The notes: generated from the sequence alone by a model not told the origin. Shown: positions 30,816 through 41,250, counted from the stretch's first letter. The stretch is DNA of 64,000 nt from a virus (IMGVR_UViG_3300017527_001400:1-64000); one strand, 5' to 3'. Numbers and translations: made by a program.

Positions 30816-30850
30816 GTGGCGCATAAAAAGAGAAAAAATGGAGAAAATAT

Positions 30851-32509
30851 ATGCTAAATGAATACCGACTTTTTGGGCCTCCGGGGACTGGAAAAACGAC
30901 AAGACTTGCAAAAGTGTCAATTCCAAAAGCTGTAAAGAAATACGGGTCTGATGGAGTTGTGGTAACGTCCTTTACAAAAGCTGCAGCAAAGCAAATAATC
31001 AGTAAAGGATTAGAGGTTGACGATAATTGTGTGGGGACTCTTCATTCTCTGTGCTACAGGGCTTTGGGTTTTCCAAAATTGACCGCCCAGGATAACTTCT
31101 CTGAAAAATGGAACACGGCATATCCGAGACTTCGGGTCTTTGGGTCTAAACTCGGATCCTTAGATGAAGGTGGTGTGAATGAGCGTGGTGATACTGATGG
31201 AGACTCGTTGCTGTATAAGATGGACATCGCAAGGGCGAAGATGATTCCAAAAGAAAAATGGTTTCAGCCTGTTGCCAGCTTTTATAACAAGTGGACGGCA
31301 TTCAAAAATCTTCATGCTGTAATGGATTTTACAGATCTTATAGAAGAAGTTGTTAAACAGGGCATACCGCCACCCGGAAAGGCGAAGGTAATGTTTGTGG
31401 ATGAAGCCCAAGACCTGACGCCTCTTCAATTAAGTTTAATCCGAGGTTGGGGAGAAAATATGGACTGGATCATGCTGGTTGGAGATGATGACCAAACCAT
31501 CTATTCTTTCACCGGTGCCAGTCCAGATGCCTTTCTGCAACCAGAAATACCAGACGACAGGAAAATGGTCCTTGATCAATCATATAGAGTGCCCATCTCT
31601 GTGCATAACGTTGCCAAGACTATTACGAATCGTATTAGATATCGTGAGGCCAAGGAATACAAGCCCAGACCTGAGAACGGAGCTGTTAGATCGATCGAAG
31701 AGACATATTCTGGCCCAGACGAAATAATCGATGACATCGAAAAGCAGTTGAAATTGAAAAGAACTGTTATGGTTTTGGCATCGTGTTCATATATGATTGA
31801 ACCGGTAAGGAAGGCACTGGTCGAAAACAACATGCCTTTCGGCAATAAATACAGGTCTACGAGAGGTGACTGGAATCCGCTCGCAAGAGGCGGTGAATCA
31901 AGGACATCCGCAAGAGACCTGCTATTTACATTCCTATCGAGTGGTTCGGATAATAAATATTGGAATGTACCACAGTTTGTAGCTTGGGCTTCACATATAG
32001 GAGTAGGGAAAAACGGCCTAAAGCGTGTTGTTGGTAAAAAGGTCCTGACTAAACTTAAAGAAGAGATCGAAAAGAACTCAAAAGGTCTCAACAGCACAGA
32101 GAACGTTTTAAGCTTGGCTCTTTCTGATGATGCTATAGAGCCGGCATTGGCCAGAGACGTAGACTGGCTGATGACAAGCCTGCTTCAGAAAAGAAGAAAG
32201 CCTCTTGAATATCCAATCAAGTTATATAAGAAATTCAAAACAAAAGACATTCTTGAAGGTCATCCGCCAATAACCATAGGAACGATCCATTCGGTAAAAG
32301 GAGGAGAATCTGATGTGGTTTATCTTTACCCAGATATATCAGCAGCTGCTGCAAGAGAGCAGGCAAATGGCGATATTTCTGAAGATTCTCTGTTTCGATT
32401 ATTTTATGTTGGTGTAACTCGAGCAAAACATGAGCTTGTTCTAATGTCACCATTAATGAAGAGATCTGGTAGAGGAAAGCAAAAATTAGCTTATTTTGTA
32501 GACATATAG
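30851..32509 (+). CDS. UvrD/Rep-family SF1 helicase
   Basis: GPPGTGKT, VDEAQD, VGDDDQTIY, QSYR, TIHSVKGGE, YVGVTRAK. Confidence 0.9.
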   Translation: MLNEYRLFGPPGTGKTTRLAKVSIPKAVKKYGSDGVVVTSFTKAAAKQIISKGLEVDDNCVGTLHSLCYRALGFPKLTAQDNFSEKWNTAYPRLRVFGSKLGSLDEGGVNERGDTDGDSLLYKMDIARAKMIPKEKWFQPVASFYNKWTAFKNLHAVMDFTDLIEEVVKQGIPPPGKAKVMFVDEAQDLTPLQLSLIRGWGENMDWIMLVGDDDQTIYSFTGASPDAFLQPEIPDDRKMVLDQSYRVPISVHNVAKTITNRIRYREAKEYKPRPENGAVRSIEETYSGPDEIIDDIEKQLKLKRTVMVLASCSYMIEPVRKALVENNMPFGNKYRSTRGDWNPLARGGESRTSARDLLFTFLSSGSDNKYWNVPQFVAWASHIGVGKNGLKRVVGKKVLTKLKEEIEKNSKGLNSTENVLSLALSDDAIEPALARDVDWLMTSLLQKRRKPLEYPIKLYKKFKTKDILEGHPPITIGTIHSVKGGESDVVYLYPDISAAAAREQANGDISEDSLFRLFYVGVTRAKHELVLMSPLMKRSGRGKQKLAYFVDI

Positions 32510-32585
32510 CGCCGACATGTTATATTAACCCTTTGGTGATAAGCGCCTATGTATACAATAAACTCGGTAGCAAAAAGCGCAGATA

Positions 32586-32617
32586 CCCGGCTCGTCTAGC
32601 AACCCATGGGAAACGAG
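32586..32617 (+). repeat. single TIGR-like unit
   Basis: CCC-ggctcgtct-AG-caac-CCA-tgggaaacg-AG just before ATG 32619. Confidence 0.55.
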
Positions 32618-32618
32618 T

Positions 32619-32840
32619 ATGAATTTAAGAAGAGAAAGATGCGGATTATGTATTCATTTTCGCCATCATGAAGACTTTAAACAGTTCAGGTTGGCTTATC
32701 AGTGTCAATACTATTATCTTTCATTTCAGCAAAGAAAATATGTGAATTGGAATACAAATAGATGCGAACGTTTTGAACGAAGCTTTAAGAGAATGATTAA
32801 ATACATTGCAAGGAATAGTAAATGTCGCCAATTACGCTAG
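32619..32840 (+). CDS. Cys-rich small protein (RCGLCxH family)
   Basis: RCGLCIH...C...CERF; paralogs at 34735 and 35124. Confidence 0.55.
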   Translation: MNLRRERCGLCIHFRHHEDFKQFRLAYQCQYYYLSFQQRKYVNWNTNRCERFERSFKRMIKYIARNSKCRQLR

Positions 32841-33122
32841 ACGTCGATGAAACAGGCGAAGTAGTACGAACAGATAGACCCAAGCAAGAAGTCGCTGAAA
32901 AAGAGCAATCAGATGCAATTCCGAAGTGTTTTAACACATTTCCGTGCGACCAGTTGACAAAAACGGATGATAAGTGCTACTGTAACGTCTCAAACGGGGC
33001 AATATACTCTCTGGATGAATGTCCAAGAGGATATTGGTATATACCAGAGAGACGAAAACCAAAGATTCAAAATCGAACTTCCTGGTATGAGGAAAATCAT
33101 AGGTTACGCCAGGAGGAAATCA

Positions 33123-33722
33123 ATGGGAAAAATCCTATGGACCGACACGGAGACGACGGGACTGGACTCAAAGAAAAACTCAGCGATTGAAATAGCTGCC
33201 ATTGTTGAAATCGATGAAGAAGTAAAAGATCAATTTTCAATCCAAATCAAACCACTTGAAAATAAAGAAATCAGCGATAGGGCTCTTGAAATAAATGGCC
33301 GCACCCGGGAGGAGATCGCCGAATTCACTCCAGTTGATCTTGCGATATTAAGCTTTAAGAAAAGGCTGGAAAAACATGTCAACAAATTCGACTCGTCAGA
33401 CAAATTTATTGTTGCAGGATATAATATTGGTTTCGACATAAACTTTATTCGAGCTCTTTTCCATGACGTCGGTGATAAGTATTATGGCAGTTACTTCTTT
33501 AATTGTCCTCTTGACGTCTACTCCGACGTTGCAAAGCTCGTGTCAAAAACAGATCTCAGACTCCCTAATTATAAGCTTAGCACAGTCTGTAACCATATTG
33601 GAATCGAGATTGATGCGCACGATCCAGTAAGCGACATAACTGCCACCCGGGAGCTTTATTATCGATTGCAAACAATGACTCCGAAATATGTTCGAAGAAA
33701 AAATCCAGTGACGGCCCAGTAG
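33123..33722 (+). CDS. DEDDh 3'-5' exonuclease (DnaQ-like)
   Basis: DTETTG, AGYNIGFD, AHDPVSDITAT; AGGAGG RBS before ATG 33123. Confidence 0.9.
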   Translation: MGKILWTDTETTGLDSKKNSAIEIAAIVEIDEEVKDQFSIQIKPLENKEISDRALEINGRTREEIAEFTPVDLAILSFKKRLEKHVNKFDSSDKFIVAGYNIGFDINFIRALFHDVGDKYYGSYFFNCPLDVYSDVAKLVSKTDLRLPNYKLSTVCNHIGIEIDAHDPVSDITATRELYYRLQTMTPKYVRRKNPVTAQ

Positions 33723-33831
33723 CTCCCAGAAAACCAACGCGCCAGAGGCCCTTAAAAGGGAAGGTACCCATTAGAGAAAAAGGCCCGCGCTAACCAAGTT
33801 ACCCAAAGAACGCTTGGCCATAAAGGAGTAG
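33713..33831 (+). repeat. TIGR-like array segment A (3.5 units, ~34-nt period)
   Basis: GGC-CCN-N9-AG-N4-CCA-N9-AG at 33713, 33747, 33782, 33816. Confidence 0.7.
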
Positions 33832-33834
33832 ACA

Positions 33835-34050
33835 ATGGAAGGATGGAAATGTCCAGTATGCGGAAGGGGTCTTGCACCATTTGTTAATGAATGCCCATGC
33901 TATAAAGTAGATACTGTACAAGATGGGATCTCATGTATAGATTATTATTGGGAAACTTGTCCATTATGTTGGGTTTCTCATAGAAGAGGTGAGCCATGTA
34001 ATTGCGGATCGGTTTATAGTAGTGGTTCAGCCCCCATGCCGGCCCATTGA
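33835..34050 (+). CDS. small Zn-ribbon protein lying inside the TIGR-like array
   Basis: GWKCPVCGRGLAPFVNECPC; its RBS lies within a repeat spacer. Confidence 0.65.
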   Translation: MEGWKCPVCGRGLAPFVNECPCYKVDTVQDGISCIDYYWETCPLCWVSHRRGEPCNCGSVYSSGSAPMPAH

Positions 34051-34264
34051 AAGAGAGCAATCCAAAGGATAGAAGGCCCTCGGAAACCAAGCAATCCATA
34101 AGACCCTAGGCCAGGAAGTTATATTAACACGGTACGCTGAAGCCTCAAGGGTCAAGTAATCCATAGGATAGTAGCTAAAATAGGCCCTCGGGAACCGAGC
34201 AATCCATAAGACCCTAGGCCACTATTTCGAAGCCATTGTTTAAGAGTAACCCTAAAGGAGGGAG
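34041..34264 (+). repeat. TIGR-like array segment B (5 units)
   Basis: CCN-N9-AG-YAAY-CCW-N9-AG; unit at 34075 is nearly duplicated at 34183. Confidence 0.75.
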
Positions 34265-34267
34265 CTT

Positions 34268-34591
34268 ATCCCAAGAAGAACCGAAAAGGCAGTTGTTAAG
34301 ACCATCAAAGATGCTCTGAATAGTCTCGATCATTGCATGATTAGAAAGCGAAGATTGTATATTAGAGGCGATCCCGACTTAACAGGTTGTTATCTTGGGA
34401 CACGGCTCGAGCTTGAAGTAAAAACAATCGGCGGTAGCCCGACATCACTACAACTCAAGCGAATTGACGACTGGCAAAAGCTCGGATGTGTCTCAGCAGT
34501 TGTCTGGTCATTAAGTGACGTTATTAAAGCGATGGATTCGATTCTTTTAAGTAAAGACAAGAAATTGCTTGCAAATATGATCGAAGACTGA
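34268..34591 (+). CDS. VRR-NUC nuclease
   Basis: GDPDLTGCYLG, LEVK, TSLQ, VVWS; the frame extends upstream (TEKAVVKTIKDAL) to an ATC after an RBS, so the start is uncertain. Confidence 0.75.
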   Translation: MPRRTEKAVVKTIKDALNSLDHCMIRKRRLYIRGDPDLTGCYLGTRLELEVKTIGGSPTSLQLKRIDDWQKLGCVSAVVWSLSDVIKAMDSILLSKDKKLLANMIED

Positions 34592-34696
34592 TATCTTCAA
34601 ATCTCTAACACGGAAAATTTAACATTTCCGCCTCTGATTCATTTCCTCGAAGCCCGTTTGCGTGGCAGCCGCAAGCGGGTTTCCCTCGTTATGGGC

Positions 34697-34732
34697 CCTA
34701 TTCAGGCTAGCAACCCTTATATATACAGGCCA
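34697..34732 (+). repeat. single TIGR-like unit
   Basis: CCT-attcaggct-AG-caac-CCT-tatatatac-AG-g-CCA before ATG 34735. Confidence 0.6.
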
Positions 34733-34734
34733 TT

Positions 34735-35010
34735 ATGAAAAAACCAAATATAAAAGTAAAAAGATGCGGATTCTGTAAACATTACAGGAAACTTCGCATT
34801 TCTATAAATGGAGTCACAAGCGGATACGGCCCAATCATAACATTCTGCAACTTCTATGGAGACGAGCCAGCCCTCGACATAAACCATAACAAGTCGGCAT
34901 GTGAAAACTTCAAACGAGATTTTAAGAAAACTGCTATATATATAATCAACACAAGGAGAAGCCGTTATGACAACCAAAAGAAACGAAGAAAACATCGAAA
35001 GGTTAGCTGA
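34735..35010 (+). CDS. Cys-rich basic protein (RCGxC family)
   Basis: RCGFCKH...FC...SACENFKRD. Confidence 0.55.
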   Translation: MKKPNIKVKRCGFCKHYRKLRISINGVTSGYGPIITFCNFYGDEPALDINHNKSACENFKRDFKKTAIYIINTRRSRYDNQKKRRKHRKVS

Positions 35011-35123
35011 TGAGGTGTTAGATAGCTGGGATATGGAGGCAACGCTTCATTATGCAAGAGAGCGCTTGATCTCCAATTATAAAGCTAACGAATCTTCATT
35101 CCAAGAGGATTGGAAAGCGATGA

Positions 35124-35570
35124 TTGGTTGATATGGATAAATATAAAAAAAGATGCGGCCTGTGTTCTCATTCTATAAAAAAATATTACATAGAAGACGA
35201 TCGAACCTATACTATAAGAGAATCTAATACATGCGACCTCTCTTTAACTCGAACCCGATATGTTGGCGATACAAAAGCTTCATGTAATAATTTTGCAATA
35301 GACATAAGGAAGCTCGCAAAATACCTGCATCGCATCGAAACGGATTCAAGATATAAGCTTATGAATAAGCGAGTCATAGGTCCAGACCCAATGCGAAGGC
35401 GATGTGGACTATGTTGTTCTTTTGTCAAACAATATAGCGGCTTCCATTATTATATAAAAGGGAAATGCAGAAGAAACATTAGAGGTCTTGTCGACCACAA
35501 CGAAGACGCATGTCGAAAATTCAGAAGAAGTAAAAAAAGAGTTGATGCATATATGAAAAAATGCCGTTAG
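35124..35570 (+). CDS. Cys-rich protein with two tandem RCGLC repeats
   Basis: RCGLCSH..ASCNNF and RCGLCCS..DACRKF. Confidence 0.55.
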   Translation: MVDMDKYKKRCGLCSHSIKKYYIEDDRTYTIRESNTCDLSLTRTRYVGDTKASCNNFAIDIRKLAKYLHRIETDSRYKLMNKRVIGPDPMRRRCGLCCSFVKQYSGFHYYIKGKCRRNIRGLVDHNEDACRKFRRSKKRVDAYMKKCR

Positions 35571-35638
35571 AAGTAAGTAACCCATGGCTAAAGAGCATTA
35601 TAAATACCATCCGGAATTAGCAATCCATCACAAACAAG
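35564..35638 (+). repeat. two TIGR-like units
   Basis: CCG-ttagaagta-AG-taac-CCA-tggctaaag-AG and CCA-tccggaatt-AG-caat-CCA-tcacaaaca-AG. Confidence 0.65.
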
Positions 35639-35884
35639 TATAACAAAAAGTCATAGTAACCATAACAAGCGGTAATACCACCCCAAAGAGTGCGGTGACG
35701 ACGAATCGCGGATTTTAAGCCCGAAGATCGTTGTTTTGGCGTAAAAATGCCCGAAAATCCGGTGTTTTTGCGCCTTTTTTTGCTAATTTTGGATGAAAAC
35801 GATGGACGAGGCCAGGGGAACGCAGGGTGAAGGGGTCTTTCTCGTGCAAACTCGGCGTAGTCAGACATAAAGTGGCTCGTAAAT

Positions 35885-35911
35885 TAAGGGGGGCGCCAGG
35901 GTAGGGGGGTT
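35885..35911 (+). repeat. 27-bp G-rich direct repeat, copy 1
   Basis: TAAGGGGGGCGCCAGGGTAGGGGGGTT, identical at 40130-40156. Confidence 0.85.
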
Positions 35912-36165
35912 AAATCTCGTTAAGCGAGAAAAGAGCCTTTGGAAATCGAACAAATACACATTGTAGACACAACTGAAACCTACTGACCCAACAAAACCAA
36001 GAAACACAGCACAAAGAAAGCCTCTCAAAGCCTATTGCTCTAATATTATTATGAATTCTTTTTTCGTTTCAGAGAATCTCAGGTAAAAAGGAGGGATAGA
36101 CATAAAAACCTACTCTGAAACTCAAAAAGAGCAACCCAAAACAATCAAATTCAAAGGAGTTAACA

Positions 36166-36555
36166 ATGGAAATCACAAGCGCACAGAAAGCCGGTCAGCA
36201 GTACTCATTCTACCCCAACGGCCCCGAACGCTCGAGAAGCTTCGTCGTGATCCCCCGTGAAATGATCGACATGACAGACATGGGTCACGTAAAAGCGAAG
36301 TGGAGCCGCGTGGTAGCCTTCGGTGATCTCGCGGAAGCCATCAACAAACTCATGGATGACGGAGTAACGTTGTTCAAAATTGGAAAGGGTCGCATCCGCA
36401 AGAACGATCTGGAGCTGGACGATGGAGAAATCCTGAAATCCAAAGAGATCGTTGCCAAAACCCTGGACATGAAGGGATTCACCAAACTGATGAACTCCAA
36501 GGCTATCAAAGGCTCTGGAATTTACTCAGGCGACGAAGTCCCTGACGCTGGCTAA
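36166..36555 (+). CDS. SSB-like OB-fold protein
   Basis: KWSRVVAFGDLAEAI...GRIR...SKEIVA resembles the SSB core. Confidence 0.6.
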   Translation: MEITSAQKAGQQYSFYPNGPERSRSFVVIPREMIDMTDMGHVKAKWSRVVAFGDLAEAINKLMDDGVTLFKIGKGRIRKNDLELDDGEILKSKEIVAKTLDMKGFTKLMNSKAIKGSGIYSGDEVPDAG

Positions 36556-36650
36556 AATCTGATCCTTAACAATAACCTTGGTAGGGGCGATCGAAGCCCC
36601 TGCCAACAACCCGATTGCAACAAACAAGAAACCCAAACGGAGGAATCACC

Positions 36651-36998
36651 ATGAACTATGCAACGAAACGCATTCTGTCTATCATCACCTTGTCAGTCTC
36701 TCTGGTAATGCTCATATCCTTTGGCATCGCCTTTGGAGCTGAGGAAGTTGTCACTGGAGAAATCACGGACGTTGTCCAAGCCGTCGACAAAAACGGTGAG
36801 AGCTACACTCGCCTCATCGTCACCGTTGAAAGAACCCTCGAAGGCTCTGACTACCAAGTTGGATTACCCTTTATGGCATTCGGAAGCCAAGCGGAACCTG
36901 CTGCAGCACTGCAAGCCGGCGACGTTCTGAAAGCAATCTGTCAAACACGATTGTATCAGGGCAGGGAATCCTTCACCATCGTCAAGATCCTTGAATAA
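36651..36998 (+). CDS. signal-peptide-bearing OB-fold (SSB-like) protein
   Basis: MNYATKRILSIITLSVSLVMLISFGIAFG signal; MAFGSQAEPAAALQAGDVLKA. Confidence 0.55.
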   Translation: MNYATKRILSIITLSVSLVMLISFGIAFGAEEVVTGEITDVVQAVDKNGESYTRLIVTVERTLEGSDYQVGLPFMAFGSQAEPAAALQAGDVLKAICQTRLYQGRESFTIVKILE

Positions 36999-38890
36999 CC
37001 TCACCATGGCGGTGGTAGTGACGTTCACGTTGCTATCACTGCCCGCCGATCTTAGGCACTATGTATCGGAATACTGGTATGACCCGAAAATTGAACTGGT
37101 AACTATCAGGCTCACCGAAGATTTCGAAGGTGGCTCGGATTTCGATGGATACACAGCAGCCAGACTCTTTCATTCAATCTGTAAGCAAGGCTATCTCTTG
37201 AAAGTTTTGCCATACAAGATAGGTGGCTGGGTGCCTAGCGAGGTTAACCCGATGAGGCGGGAATGGACGCAGAAACTGATCGAACAATAACATCTTGCTG
37301 AGCACCTACCGACTGGGCGCTGCCCGGGGCTCGGAAATATAGGGACCATCGGCTTAATGGTGAAAGGCTCCCACTCAGCAATGAACGATGCACTGTGCTC
37401 CCCATACAAGGGACTGCAACCCTCTCTCCGGGAGCATAGTCATTATTTTCACGTTATTTTATTCTAAATTTATTTTTATTTTACGAAGGGGGCACCATGT
37501 ACGACTTGTTCACAATAATAGGTATAGGCACGGTTGCCTTCCTACTGGCTAAAGCAGTTTGCAAATTAATGACATGGAACTCGAAACGAGTTGGGAAACT
37601 CTCAAAATCCTGGAGGTCAAAATGAAACACTGCGGAACTTGTAAGTTTTGGGAAAATGAAGGCACCCCTGACGAAGGCGTATGCACCGAAACAAAGACAG
37701 GCATACCAACATTCAAAATCCCAGTCGGAGGGATGTCTACCCAGGCCTTTATATACACGCATGCCATCTTTGGATGCGTGAACCATAAACTCTCGGAAGA
37801 AGGGGAATAACCATGAATTTCGTAACGATTCCAATGGAAATGATCGATCAAAGCAAAATCGAACGAGCAGGAATGGCTGATCTAATGATATTCGACGAGC
37901 CGCTGGAGCTTGATGAACTCACTTTTCAGCGAGGCATTGCCTTTGGACGCGTTGCGAGCTCTGTTAAATACCTGGTAAGCGAAGGCAAAATGATAACCCC
38001 TAAAATCATCTCGGTGAAATTAAGGGAATTCAATGATCATCCGCCGGTATGGGATATGATTATCGAGAAGTTACACTAACATTCACCCAGGAGGTGTATC
38101 ATGACACTGACCTGGCAACAGGCTAAAGGGAAAACGGCAAGATACATGTAGAGAGCATTTGCCGTTTACCCGGAAAGCTAAGGAGATGTTATGGATAACT
38201 ATCAATACACGCATTTCATGAAGTATTCGCGGATTAAAGGGGAAATCAGGGCAAGGGGTTTGGATCGGCAAACAGCCGAAGGACCTCGCGGAAAGATTAA
38301 CCATTTAACTAAGAGGGGCACGGATCATGGGAAAACTCAAATTCTATCGATCAAAAAACAATCCCACAGTCATTCTTGACAGGGAATGGGCAGAGGAAGC
38401 CGAGGAAATCGATCAGCTGCTGAAAGAGCACTGTGGAGAGAACGCTCGCTGGTCTCAGATATTTGCCTACGGAGACGTTGCGAATTACATCTATTACCTC
38501 TTCAAAAATGGACACACTAAATTCGCATTCGACAAGCTCAGATTCCGACACAACAGGGGCAACACATACACCATCGAGTTGCAAAACAACGTTGTTTTCG
38601 TGGAGGAAGGAAATTCGCCTACATAGCGATTCACAGGTAGGAAAACCACTGCGACATATAACGGCACACAGGGGTCTTCCTCCCAGCGTACGCAAAGAGT
38701 TCTTTTCAGTTTCCATTATATAGTCCGCGATTTTCATTTTGAAAGAAAATTCGGGCACCTCAAAATCTGCGCCAACGGTAAAGATGTTGGCACAGATTTA
38801 TGCATTTACGAAGTTTTCTTGCAAAATGAAAATCGCAGCTATCTTATTCTTTGTAAAAGAACACAAACAATAACAAAGGGAGAGAAAACA

Positions 38891-39970
38891 ATGCAAAAAC
38901 AATTAAAACTTGACGCAGTGGTTGATTTCGAAGAATTCTTGATTACAGAGAAAGTAGCACAGGTTGCCCTGGAAACAGCAAGAAACCTCGCAGACAGACC
39001 CGACGACAAACCCACAGTAACTTACATTAAAAACGGACCTCGAAGAATCATCCATTGGGTCAAAAACATGGAGAAACAATGGGTCCGCAGAGAAAGCATC
39101 ACACACGACAGCTACTGGGCACCAACCGAACTTGTGGAATTCCACGATCTACGCCAAGCCAACAGAGAAGCCCTCCCGGAAGACCGAAGCGTTTCACAGG
39201 GGACAGAGCACCCAAAAACCCCGAAATTCCCATCAGACAAATCCATCTCAGTCGAATGCAAGGTAGGCGATCACAAACGCTTACTTGCTTTCGAAATCAA
39301 AAACAAAGAAGCTCAACCTTTCTGGAAGACGCTCACATGGCTCATGGAACAAACCAACCTATCAAGAAACCGCTGCATCCGGCTGCGAGACGCATTCACC
39401 GCTCTAAGCTTCGATCGAAAATGTATTCTCGGAATCATCGATGACATAGACAAACAATACGTATCCTACCTGGAAGCACTTGTGGAAGACCTGCCAATCC
39501 CACCTCCAATACATTATGACCCAGAATTATACTCCGACCATGGCATCATTGACACAGATTCTCTCATAGCAACCATTTCCGAAGAGACACTGGGCGCCTC
39601 ACTCCCACAGGAATCAATCAGGAAACTCAGAACATTGATCGAACCAGAATTCGAAACTGAGGAAGAAAAGGAAGAAACGCCGGCACAGGTCTTCGGATTA
39701 CGAAAGCTTTACTACGAAGAAGATGGATGTTCTCACGAATTCCTGTCATTTCTGAGATTCGCCACAGTAAGCGAAATCAAAGGCGTTATGAGATCACTCT
39801 TTCCACAGAAAAACTCAAAAGGCTATCTAATCAGAGCAAGATTCTGGTATCTCACAGCATCTCAAAGATCACAAGCTTGGACATACATCAATTGCCGAAG
39901 AGAGGAACTGGGAATGATAAGCGAAGAATCTCAAGATCTCGATTTCACAGCCGACAAAGGAGGAAAATAG
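38891..39970 (+). CDS. hypothetical protein (359 aa)
   Basis: Long ORF with GGAG RBS; no motif recognised. Confidence 0.65.
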   Translation: MQKQLKLDAVVDFEEFLITEKVAQVALETARNLADRPDDKPTVTYIKNGPRRIIHWVKNMEKQWVRRESITHDSYWAPTELVEFHDLRQANREALPEDRSVSQGTEHPKTPKFPSDKSISVECKVGDHKRLLAFEIKNKEAQPFWKTLTWLMEQTNLSRNRCIRLRDAFTALSFDRKCILGIIDDIDKQYVSYLEALVEDLPIPPPIHYDPELYSDHGIIDTDSLIATISEETLGASLPQESIRKLRTLIEPEFETEEEKEETPAQVFGLRKLYYEEDGCSHEFLSFLRFATVSEIKGVMRSLFPQKNSKGYLIRARFWYLTASQRSQAWTYINCRREELGMISEESQDLDFTADKGGK

Positions 39971-40129
39971 AATGTATTACGCATGGATCGAAGATTTATT
40001 CGAAGTCTCAGGAATGAAATTCCATTTATTCCCAATACTGGAATACGCAGCCATCGCAGGGACCAGGATCTCATACAACGACTACTTCCTCGATTACACA
40101 GGAATTAACTGGAGGGCTTACCTATAGCA

Positions 40130-40156
40130 TAAGGGGGGCGCCAGGGTAGGGGGGTT
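40130..40156 (+). repeat. 27-bp G-rich direct repeat, copy 2
   Basis: Identical to 35885-35911. Confidence 0.85.
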
Positions 40157-40224
40157 TGCTCGACCGAGCGGTCGAAGGGACTTCCCTGCAGACAATCCGG
40201 CTTCTTCAGTACAAACAGGCTTTT

Positions 40225-40335
40225 CCCACCATCGAACGACCCAGTAACCAACCCAACCTTTCGATCACGCAGGCACTACCCACCATCGGACTTCCCAGTC
40301 ACCAACCCGGCTGTTCGATTACGCAGGCATCACTC
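40225..40335 (+). repeat. 54-bp tandem repeat (2 copies)
   Basis: CCCACCATCG..CCCAGT.ACCAACCC..TTCGATYACGCAGGCA at 40225 and 40279. Confidence 0.7.
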
Positions 40336-40442
40336 ACCCAAAGATCAAGACCAACCTCGCATGATTAGAGCGACCGGCTAAAAGACCGCCGTCGCTCTCA
40401 AAGCTCGGTACTTGCAGGATAACACAACTCAATTGAGCAGGT

Positions 40443-40863
40443 GATTCTCTCTACCGTTTCGATTTTCGATTTTTTCTGCAAGCTTTTTTTTCTCTCCTTG
40501 TTGAAGACAGGTTTTTGGTGACTACATTAGATTCCGGGAAGAACCGTGCCAGCCGGCGACAAGGCGAGCCCAGCGATGCACCGGTATATGAGGGTGTAAA
40601 ATCTAAGGATGTAAACAGAACATCCTTAGATTTTACACCCTCATATACCTGTCCCTTTGCGGGGGATAAGACATCGCCTTCGCATGCAACTTGCAAACAG
40701 AGCAAGTTGCACGCCAAGCCGATATCCCCCGCAAAGGCACTGCCCTGCTGGATCGCCGCCTGGCACGGTTCTTCCCTAGTGGGTTGATGTTAGTCACCAT
40801 AAACCTTCAACAAGGAGAGAAAAAATGCAGAAAAAATCGAAAATCGAAACGGTAGAGGGAATC
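40443..40863. repeat. ~420-bp branched (T-shaped) inverted repeat
   Basis: Outer arms pair; two inner hairpins each carry an AAACAGA loop. Confidence 0.85.
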
Positions 40864-41250
40864 GTGGATTGGGCGGGAGAGCATAACTGGAAATCCGGCA
40901 AAGGCTGGCACTACAGAGTGAAGCTTGTGTCGAAGCGTGTCGATCAGGTGATCCAAATAGACTGCTACAAAATGGCTCGACAGTCTGCAGCTGGCATGGT
41001 GCGTTCTAAGGCTGGATGGGATCACCGTCCGGAGTTGGCGATTCAGCAGGGCGATCGGGTGAGAGTACGAACGCCTCATTACAAAAGGGAGATGGACACC
41101 AACAAGAACAGCCAGAAATATACTCGCCACATCTACTCGGTCAACTATACCCGAGAAATTGAGGTGTTGGAGAGGTTGGAAGCCTGCTTACCTCCATCCG
41201 CCTACGCAAACCCCAGTAATCAATCGGGTTCAGCACCGAAGCCTGCCTAA
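40825..41250 (+). CDS. possible OB-fold protein embedded in palindromes
   Basis: AAGGAG RBS; beta-rich; IQQGDRVRV motif. Confidence 0.5.
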   Translation: MQKKSKIETVEGIVDWAGEHNWKSGKGWHYRVKLVSKRVDQVIQIDCYKMARQSAAGMVRSKAGWDHRPELAIQQGDRVRVRTPHYKREMDTNKNSQKYTRHIYSVNYTREIEVLERLEACLPPSAYANPSNQSGSAPKPA

